Positions 57,374 through 64,000 of a stretch of 64,000 bases of DNA are shown in pieces (within the stretch, counting starts at the first letter, position 1; each line of letters opens with the position of its first letter). Source of the DNA: Methylocystaceae bacterium (GTDB taxonomy: Bacteria > Pseudomonadota > Alphaproteobacteria > Rhodospirillales > Terasakiellaceae); the NCBI GenBank assembly GCA_013373205.1, contig JABXIG010000003.1, positions 969,853 to 1,033,852 on the forward strand, read 5' to 3'. Both the position numbers and the translations under genes were made by a program. The notes under the pieces are model-generated. The model did not search any database, was not told the DNA's origin, and was given only the letters and a program-made list of their open reading frames with translations.

Positions 57374-58060
57374 GTGATGAAGTTGCCAGCATTCCTTTTT
57401 GTTTTTTTTCTTTTGTCCGTTGTTTTTACGGATATATCGGCATGGGCAAAAAATGGTTGGCCGCAATGTCCTGAAGATGGCCGATATGTCGAGGTCTATA
57501 TGGAAAGGTCGATGGGGCAACTGCGCTATCACACGGGGTTAAATTCGGCTCAACTCTCAAGAATGCATAGCAATGCAGGAAAAAGGCTCGGTCCGATGTG
57601 GATACCGACAGGTTTAACGGTCGCAGATGAAAACTATCACCTAAAAACCAATACCAAAATATATTCCCTTGGCCATAATCGCTATTGTGCGGTTTTAAAG
57701 TCGGCAAATCTTTTTATCGGATATCGAAATATTGATGTTTATGTGAGCAATAAATACATGCCCGGTTCCTGCGAACATGAATCCATCATGAACCACGAAA
57801 ATATCCATGTGCAGATTTTTCGTGATACCCTCTATAAACATGCATTTGGCATTGAAAAAGCCATCCGTCAGCGTGCCAAACGGATCGGTCCTGTTTATTT
57901 ACGTTCAGCGGATGCGGCAGCCAATAAGATCGAACGGCTGTTGGATGCTCAAATCCGTCCGCTTTTTAAACGGATGAGTCAGGACATTACACGCAAAAAT
58001 GCCCGCATCGATACAAAGTCAAACTATCGACGCGAGCAAGCCATGTGTTCTAACTGGTAA
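57374..58060 (+). CDS. Exported hypothetical protein with HExxH motif (DUF922-like)
   Basis: Signal peptide (AWA), four cysteines, HENIH, C-terminal IDTKSNY. Confidence 0.6.
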   Translation: MMKLPAFLFVFFLLSVVFTDISAWAKNGWPQCPEDGRYVEVYMERSMGQLRYHTGLNSAQLSRMHSNAGKRLGPMWIPTGLTVADENYHLKTNTKIYSLGHNRYCAVLKSANLFIGYRNIDVYVSNKYMPGSCEHESIMNHENIHVQIFRDTLYKHAFGIEKAIRQRAKRIGPVYLRSADAAANKIERLLDAQIRPLFKRMSQDITRKNARIDTKSNYRREQAMCSNW

Positions 58061-58062
58061 AT

Positions 58063-58845
58063 TTAAAGGTGAATGCCACCCGATACTTCGATGCGCTGAC
58101 CATTTATCCAGGCACCTTCTTGGGTGCATAAAAATGTGATGATACCCGTCACATCCTCAGGCAGACCAATCCGTCCAAGCGCGGTACTGTCGGCAATGGA
58201 TTTGACGACTTCTGGGTTTTCATCAAAAAACGCCTTTGTAAAATCCGTATCTAATGCACCGGGGGCAACTGTATTAACCGTAATGCCACGCGGGCCAAGG
58301 ATCTTGGCGAGATAGGTTGCTGTGGTTGTCAATGCTGCTTTTGATGCCGCATATGCGATGTAAAAGTCATAACTAAAACGGGTCAATCCTGTCCCAATCA
58401 TAATGATGCGACCATTGTCATTCATAAAAGGCAGTAAACCTTGAGTGAGGAAAAATGGGGCTTTGATGTTGGTATTGAAGATCAGATCAAAGTCTTCATC
58501 GCTAAAATTACCAAAAGCGGCCTTTCTTTCAACACCTGCGTTATTTATCAGAAAATCCAGACCCGTTTTATGATCAAATTGTCCGAGTGCTTTTTCAACC
58601 TCATCAATAAAGCGCTTTAAATCAGTTGTCCCATTTAAATCCACCTGCAAAGCTGTTGCTTTGGCGCCCAGAGCTTTAATTTCTTGAACGACTTTATCGG
58701 CTTCATCGTTTTCCTTGCGATAACAGACGATAATATCGCAGCCTTCCTGCGCCATACGAAGGGCTGTTTCGCGCCCAAGTCCCCGGCTACTTCCCGTGAT
58801 CAAGGCGACTTTATTGCTTAATTTTGGCATGTCTTTTCCTTTCAT
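58063..58845 (-). CDS. Short-chain dehydrogenase/reductase
   Basis: TGSSRGLG, NNAG, YAASK, VAPG; ORF track uses a TTG start at 58845, ATG at 58827 is also possible. Confidence 0.93.
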   Translation of the reverse strand: MKGKDMPKLSNKVALITGSSRGLGRETALRMAQEGCDIIVCYRKENDEADKVVQEIKALGAKATALQVDLNGTTDLKRFIDEVEKALGQFDHKTGLDFLINNAGVERKAAFGNFSDEDFDLIFNTNIKAPFFLTQGLLPFMNDNGRIIMIGTGLTRFSYDFYIAYAASKAALTTTATYLAKILGPRGITVNTVAPGALDTDFTKAFFDENPEVVKSIADSTALGRIGLPEDVTGIITFLCTQEGAWINGQRIEVSGGIHL

Positions 58846-58921
58846 GTTTTGGACATAAAAGGATGATCACCCAGATCGACATATTTAAAAATAAATGATA
58901 ATGAATAATTAGTATTTAAAA

Positions 58922-59815
58922 ATGAATAGGTGTGTAATGTTAGGCAATTGGGATGACATAAAGCTGTTTGAAAAAGTTGTGGCATTGAAAAGTTATTCGA
59001 AAGCGGCAGAAAGTCTAAATATTTCCCAACCTACGGTCAGTCGCCGGATGAAGCTGCTACAGACTGATTTAGGTTTTACCTTATTTGAACGCAGTGAACG
59101 TGGCCTTATCCCAACAGAAAAGGCATTGGTGCTTTATAATCTTGCCGGCAACATGGTCAATCATGCCCAATCTTTTGAAATTGCGGCACGTTCCTTACGT
59201 CATCAAAAGCAGACCATCAACATTGCCTGTTCCCCACTGATCGGGCTTGCCATCAGCCGACATATCCCAATGCTGATTGATGGGTTGGATAAGGTCAACA
59301 TTGCCTTATTGACCTCCCCCAACTTTGTCAGTCTGGAAAAAGGCGAAGCCGACATCGCACTTCGTAATGTATTGCCGGAAAAAGGTAATTTGCTTGCAAA
59401 ATCTTTGGGGCAAAATCAGTTTGGAATTTTTGGTGGCGTTGACTTTATGGAAAAACATAAAGATCTAATTGATCAAGGTGAGTTAAGCACCTGTCCTTGG
59501 GTGGGGTATCCCAAAAGCATGGCCCATATGCCCAGCAACAAATGGCTGTCGCAAAATATCGGGATAAGCGCCCCGGATATTCAGTTAGATAGCTCGTTAC
59601 TGATTTTGGATGCGGTGGTCAATAACATGGGGCTTGCCGTACTGCCAACCTATCTTGAACAAACACATAACCTTATCGCCGTGCGTAAATCCTTGGACGG
59701 CTTATCTTTTAAAAGCTGGCTGGTATCTCATGCTCAAACAGCCCATGATCCTATGATAACCGAGGTTAAGCATCGGATAGAGGCTGTTTTTAAAAATGAG
59801 CTATACGAGATCTAG
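58922..59815 (+). CDS. LysR family transcriptional regulator, divergent from the SDR
   Basis: HTH SYSKAAESLNISQPTVSRRM...LFERS...PTE; LysR substrate-binding domain. Confidence 0.93.
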   Translation: MNRCVMLGNWDDIKLFEKVVALKSYSKAAESLNISQPTVSRRMKLLQTDLGFTLFERSERGLIPTEKALVLYNLAGNMVNHAQSFEIAARSLRHQKQTINIACSPLIGLAISRHIPMLIDGLDKVNIALLTSPNFVSLEKGEADIALRNVLPEKGNLLAKSLGQNQFGIFGGVDFMEKHKDLIDQGELSTCPWVGYPKSMAHMPSNKWLSQNIGISAPDIQLDSSLLILDAVVNNMGLAVLPTYLEQTHNLIAVRKSLDGLSFKSWLVSHAQTAHDPMITEVKHRIEAVFKNELYEI

Positions 59816-59821
59816 GTAAGA

Positions 59822-60151
59822 TCAAACAGAAAAAGACGACCCGCAACCACATTCACTTGTGGCGTTCGGATTTGTCATCTGGAAGGATGATCCCATCAGG
59901 TCTGTTACGTAATCAAGCTGTGCGCCTTCAACAAATGGAAGAGAGGCTTCATCGACTAGCACGTCCACATCCCCAAAATTAAAGACTTCATCATCGTCTT
60001 TGACCTGGTCGTCTAGGCTAAAATTATACGAAAAGCCTGAACAGCCGCCGCTTGTAATCATAATGCGCAGCTTAAGATTCGGATTGCCTTCCATGGCAAT
60101 AAGCTTTTGAACTTGCTCATTCGCACTGGGGGTTAAACCAACTTGGCTCAT
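59822..60151 (-). CDS. erpA: A-type iron-sulfur cluster carrier (HesB/IscA family, ErpA-like)
   Basis: SGGCSGFSY and CGCGSSF motifs. Confidence 0.9.
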   Translation of the reverse strand: MSQVGLTPSANEQVQKLIAMEGNPNLKLRIMITSGGCSGFSYNFSLDDQVKDDDEVFNFGDVDVLVDEASLPFVEGAQLDYVTDLMGSSFQMTNPNATSECGCGSSFSV

Positions 60152-60260
60152 TTATCTTCTCCTTAAAGGCATCAAATTTTGCTGCACCACATATGTAAGC
60201 TATCTTTTTCGTTTGTCAAACCCATTGCATCATCTGACACACAAGGCTACCTTCCTTGGC

Positions 60261-61451
60261 ATGAATGACTTTATCAATTTTGCCCCTTATGCCAGCCTCC
60301 CCCAAGAAAGCCGGGGCCGCTGCTTTGAAGAAGCCGAAAGTGCGACCAGAAGCTGTCATCAGCGTGACCGGGACCGCATTATACATTCGGCTGCTTTTCG
60401 ACGTCTGCAATATAAGACACAAGTATTTGTAAACCACGAAGGTGATTTCTTTCGTACTCGGCTAACTCATAGTCTGGAAGTCGCCCAAATTGCCAGAACG
60501 ACCTGTCGCTATCTTAATTTAAATCAAGAACTTGCAGAAGCCCTTGCCCTTGCACATGACCTTGGTCATCCCCCCTTTGGTCATGCTGGCGAAGAAGCCC
60601 TAGATAACGCCCTTGCCCCTTATGGCGGATTTGATCATAACGCACAATCCTTGCGCGTTGTGGCAGAACTCGAACAACGCTATGCAGAGTTTGACGGCCT
60701 TAACCTGACATGGGAAACGATTGAAGGGGTCGTCAAACATAATGGTCCCCTTTTAGGGCCAAATGCAGACCATGCCAAACCTGTGCCGCAAGCTATTTTG
60801 GATTATGATAAAAACGTTATGGATCTGGATTTGACAAATTATTCCTCACTGGAAGCTCAAATCGCAGCCCTTTCTGATGATATTGCCTATAATAACCACG
60901 ACATTGATGACGCCTTGCGAGGGCAATTGATCCGAATCGAAGACTTAAGTGATATCCCGGTTGTGGGTCAAACCTTCCGTGATGTTGCAAAACAGTACCC
61001 TGATTTGGATAAATCCCGGCTGATTTACGAGGCTGTACGCAGATTGATTGGCGATATGGTCAACGATCTCTTGCAGGAAACGCAAGCACGCATTAAAGAT
61101 GCCTCACCAAAAGACATCGGTGATATTCGTAACGCCAATCATGCCACAGCCTCTTTTTCGGAACGTATTCAACAATGCGACCGTGAACTGAAGGCTTTCA
61201 TGTTTGAAAACGTCTATCGCCACTATAAAATCAATCGGATGACCAGCAAGGCACGCCGTGTAGTGCAAGATCTTTTTGCCCTATTTATGGAAGAGCCAAA
61301 CTGTTTGCCAACCGAATGGTATAAACTCACCGATGGCAAACCGTCAGAACAGACCGCAAAGGTGGTCGCTGACTATATTGCCGGTATTACAGATCGATAC
61401 GCATTGGATGAACATTCACGTTTATTTGATGTACAGGCCAGAAACTCATGA
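60261..61451 (+). CDS. dgt: Deoxyguanosinetriphosphate triphosphohydrolase (start taken at MNDF)
   Basis: [52 protein letters not shown]. Confidence 0.93.
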   Translation: MNDFINFAPYASLPQESRGRCFEEAESATRSCHQRDRDRIIHSAAFRRLQYKTQVFVNHEGDFFRTRLTHSLEVAQIARTTCRYLNLNQELAEALALAHDLGHPPFGHAGEEALDNALAPYGGFDHNAQSLRVVAELEQRYAEFDGLNLTWETIEGVVKHNGPLLGPNADHAKPVPQAILDYDKNVMDLDLTNYSSLEAQIAALSDDIAYNNHDIDDALRGQLIRIEDLSDIPVVGQTFRDVAKQYPDLDKSRLIYEAVRRLIGDMVNDLLQETQARIKDASPKDIGDIRNANHATASFSERIQQCDRELKAFMFENVYRHYKINRMTSKARRVVQDLFALFMEEPNCLPTEWYKLTDGKPSEQTAKVVADYIAGITDRYALDEHSRLFDVQARNS

Positions 61452-63199
61452 ACTTTTTTAAATCTTTTCATTCAGAAATTTCCGCAATCGTTAACACCCT
61501 TTCTGCATCAGGTGACCTGCCTGAAGGGTTGGATACCAGCCGTGTGACATGCGAGCCACCGCGTGATGCCTCTCATGGGGATGTGGCGACCAATGCAGCA
61601 ATGGTTTTATGCAAACCAGCCAAAATGAAACCGCGTGATTTAGCTGATAAGCTGGCACCAAAAATTGCAGAAATCGACCATGTTGTTTCTGTCGATGTCG
61701 CTGGCCCGGGTTTCATCAACGTCAAGCTGGCTAATGATTTCTGGTATGCGCGTTTAAAAGATGTACTCAAAGCCGGAACCAATTGGGGGGACAGCGACAT
61801 GGGCGCTGGTCAGTCAGTGAATGTGGAATATGTGTCTGCTAACCCCACTGGCCCGATGCATGTAGGTCATGGCCGTGGTGCGGTTGTCGGTGATGCCCTT
61901 GCCCTATTGCTTTCAAAAGCAGGGTATGACGTGACCAAGGAATATTACATCAACGATGCAGGCGCACAGGTCGATGTGTTGGCGCGTTCTGCCTATTTGC
62001 GTTACCTCGAAGCACATGGCCAAGCTATTGAAATCCCTGAAGGCCTTTATCCCGGTGATTATCTGGTCGGTGTCGGTGAAAAACTAAAAGAAACCTACGG
62101 TGACAAATGGCTGAATGCTGAGGAATCTGACTATCTTGAAGAGATCAAAACTTTTGCCATTAATGCCATGATGGATTTGATCCGTGATGATCTGGCCGCC
62201 CTTGGCGTTACTCATGATGTGTTTTCCTCAGAAAAAGCCCTGGTCGAAAATGGTGGCGTGGATGCAGCGATCAAATATCTGGAAGATCGCGGACTGATTT
62301 ACACAGGTGTTCTCGAACCCCCCAAAGGAAAAACACCGGAAGACTGGGAACCTCGCCCGCAATTACTGTTTAAAGCCTCTGAATTTGGCGACGATGTAGA
62401 CCGCCCACTTAAAAAGTCCGATGGCTCAGGCACTTACTTTGCCTCAGATATCGCCTATCACTTTGATAAATTCAAACGCGGATCTGATCAATTGATCGAC
62501 GTGATGGGTGCGGACCATGGTGGTTATGTCAAACGCATGAAAGCTGCTGTCAAAGCCATGTCCGATGGCAAAGCTGACCTGGATATCAAGCTTGCCCAGA
62601 TGGTGAACCTACTTGAAAATGGCGAGCCTGTTAAAATGTCAAAACGTGCGGGTACCTTTATCACATTGCGTGAAGTGATCGATAAAGTGGGTAAAGATGT
62701 TGTGCGTTTTATCATGCTGACCCGTAAAAACGATGCACAGCTTGAATTTGATTTTGCAAAGGTAAAAGAACAGTCAAAGGATAATCCTGTTTTTTACGTG
62801 CAATATGCCCATGCGCGCTGTCATTCTGTTTTCCGTAAAGCCGAAGAAGAATTCGAAGGAATTGATTTATCAGTAGAAAACCTGATGAATGCAGATTTAT
62901 CACACCTAACCGATGAGTCAGAACTGGCCGTTATGCGCTTTATGGCGGAATGGCCCCGTATGGTCGAAGCGGCAGCAAAAGAACATGAACCGCATCGAAT
63001 TACATATTTTCTTTACGATTTAGCGTCAGAATTCCATTCTTTATGGAACAAGGGCACAGGTGATGTTTCTTTACGTTTCCTGCATGCTGATAACCCGGAT
63101 CTAACCAAAGCACGGCTAGCCTTGTTAAAAGCCGTTTCTTTGGTGATCGCATCCGGCCTTCTTGTTCTGGGTGTTGAACCTGTTAAGGAGTTGCGTTAA
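61448..63199 (+). CDS. argS: Arginine--tRNA ligase
   Basis: [15 protein letters not shown] (HIGH), [15 protein letters not shown]. Confidence 0.98.
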   Translation: MNFFKSFHSEISAIVNTLSASGDLPEGLDTSRVTCEPPRDASHGDVATNAAMVLCKPAKMKPRDLADKLAPKIAEIDHVVSVDVAGPGFINVKLANDFWYARLKDVLKAGTNWGDSDMGAGQSVNVEYVSANPTGPMHVGHGRGAVVGDALALLLSKAGYDVTKEYYINDAGAQVDVLARSAYLRYLEAHGQAIEIPEGLYPGDYLVGVGEKLKETYGDKWLNAEESDYLEEIKTFAINAMMDLIRDDLAALGVTHDVFSSEKALVENGGVDAAIKYLEDRGLIYTGVLEPPKGKTPEDWEPRPQLLFKASEFGDDVDRPLKKSDGSGTYFASDIAYHFDKFKRGSDQLIDVMGADHGGYVKRMKAAVKAMSDGKADLDIKLAQMVNLLENGEPVKMSKRAGTFITLREVIDKVGKDVVRFIMLTRKNDAQLEFDFAKVKEQSKDNPVFYVQYAHARCHSVFRKAEEEFEGIDLSVENLMNADLSHLTDESELAVMRFMAEWPRMVEAAAKEHEPHRITYFLYDLASEFHSLWNKGTGDVSLRFLHADNPDLTKARLALLKAVSLVIASGLLVLGVEPVKELR

Positions 63200-64000
63200 T
63201 GCCGCATCGCGATGATTTCGACGACGATTTATTGGACCCGTCAGAAGACGCTTATGATTATAAACCCGTCAGCAGTAATGAAGGCAGCGGTGGCAAGGCT
63301 GTAAAACTCCTTGTCGCTGTTACAGTTATTGCTGGTTTAGCGGGTGGGGCCTGGTATGTCGTGGGATCAAGTGATCAGACACAGGATAAAGTCCCCGTTG
63401 TGCGAGCAGAACCGACCCCGATGAAAGAAAAACCGTCAGACCCCGGCGGAATGGAAATCCCAAATCGGGATAAGACCGTCTATGATCGTCTCAGCGGTGA
63501 AAATAGTGAACCAAAACTGGAACGTTTATTACCTCGACCAGAACAACCGCTGGAAAAACCAGCCATGGGCACGGTCACGCAATCTTTACCGCCCCTGCCG
63601 GTTGAAGAACAGACACCGCAAACAAATACCGAATCAGAAAAAACTGCCGAAGCAGAAGTAACGCCTGCTGTAACAGTTGAGGAAACCAAAGAAGAGCTTC
63701 CACCTGTACCGCCTGCGGCAATTGCAGAAGAGATTACCGAACCTGCCCCTGCCCCCATTGAAGACCCAAATGCACCACGCGCTTTAGTAAAACGAAGTGA
63801 TCAACCCGCTGCTGTTGTTAAGAAAGATAAAGATGACCTTTCTGCAAAAATCGCAGAAGCACTGAACGAAAAAGTGGAAGAAACCCCAAGCCCCGTTCAA
63901 GTCACCAAAAAAGCGCCCCCCCCTGCACCGATAAAACCAAAACCGTCAGCAGAAAACCCTAGTTCTGGTTACGTAATGCAGCTTTTATCATCCAAAAGTG
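63199..64000 (+). CDS. SPOR-domain cell division protein (FtsN-like), partial; runs off the window end and is absent from the ORF track
   Basis: ATG overlaps the argS stop (TAATG); [10 protein letters not shown]...TM helix...VPVVRAEPTPMKEKPSDPGGMEIPNRDKTVYDRL, Pro/Glu-rich linker, then GYVMQL at the start of a SPOR fold; argS-SPOR synteny is typical of Alphaproteobacteria. Confidence 0.85.
   Translation, partial: MPHRDDFDDDLLDPSEDAYDYKPVSSNEGSGGKAVKLLVAVTVIAGLAGGAWYVVGSSDQTQDKVPVVRAEPTPMKEKPSDPGGMEIPNRDKTVYDRLSGENSEPKLERLLPRPEQPLEKPAMGTVTQSLPPLPVEEQTPQTNTESEKTAEAEVTPAVTVEETKEELPPVPPAAIAEEITEPAPAPIEDPNAPRALVKRSDQPAAVVKKDKDDLSAKIAEALNEKVEETPSPVQVTKKAPPPAPIKPKPSAENPSSGYVMQLLSSKS

Noticed and set aside
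63480-63960. Pro/Glu/Ala-rich repetitive coding sequence
   Set aside because: This is the normal disordered periplasmic linker of a SPOR/FtsN-like protein, not a DNA repeat element.

Overview
Chromosomal window from an alphaproteobacterium. Gene content and synteny suggest a marine Rhodospirillales-like organism; this is an inference. Most of it is core housekeeping DNA: nuoA (start of the complex I operon), a complete Na+-NQR system (apbE-nqrM-nqrABCDEF), tig-clpP-clpX-lon-hupB, six tRNA genes, cysK-sseA-metC, a ten-gene Mrp-type Na+/H+ antiporter cluster, trmFO, hpnCDE, sodB, yajC-secD-secF, xth, erpA, dgt, argS and a partial SPOR gene. I saw no transposase, integrase, CRISPR array or prophage gene. 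The strongest leads are: (1) a diheme cytochrome c peroxidase followed directly by a TorC-like pentaheme quinol dehydrogenase with no TMAO/DMSO reductase beside it, behind an FNR-like box, a candidate quinol-to-H2O2 respiration module; (2) a toxin-less Panacea/SocA-like (DUF4065) gene; (3) the Na+-NQR block with three extra genes (Wzx-like flippase, CBS protein and a 57-aa membrane ORF absent from the ORF track) sitting between the tRNA-Val pair and tRNA-Asp just upstream of nuoA; (4) a GGDEF-EAL protein whose canonical PAS domain appears to be exported; (5) a compact hpnCDE without an adjacent squalene-hopene cyclase; and (6) a probable ATC start codon in the Mrp cluster. All family assignments come from motif recognition by eye; no database search was run.
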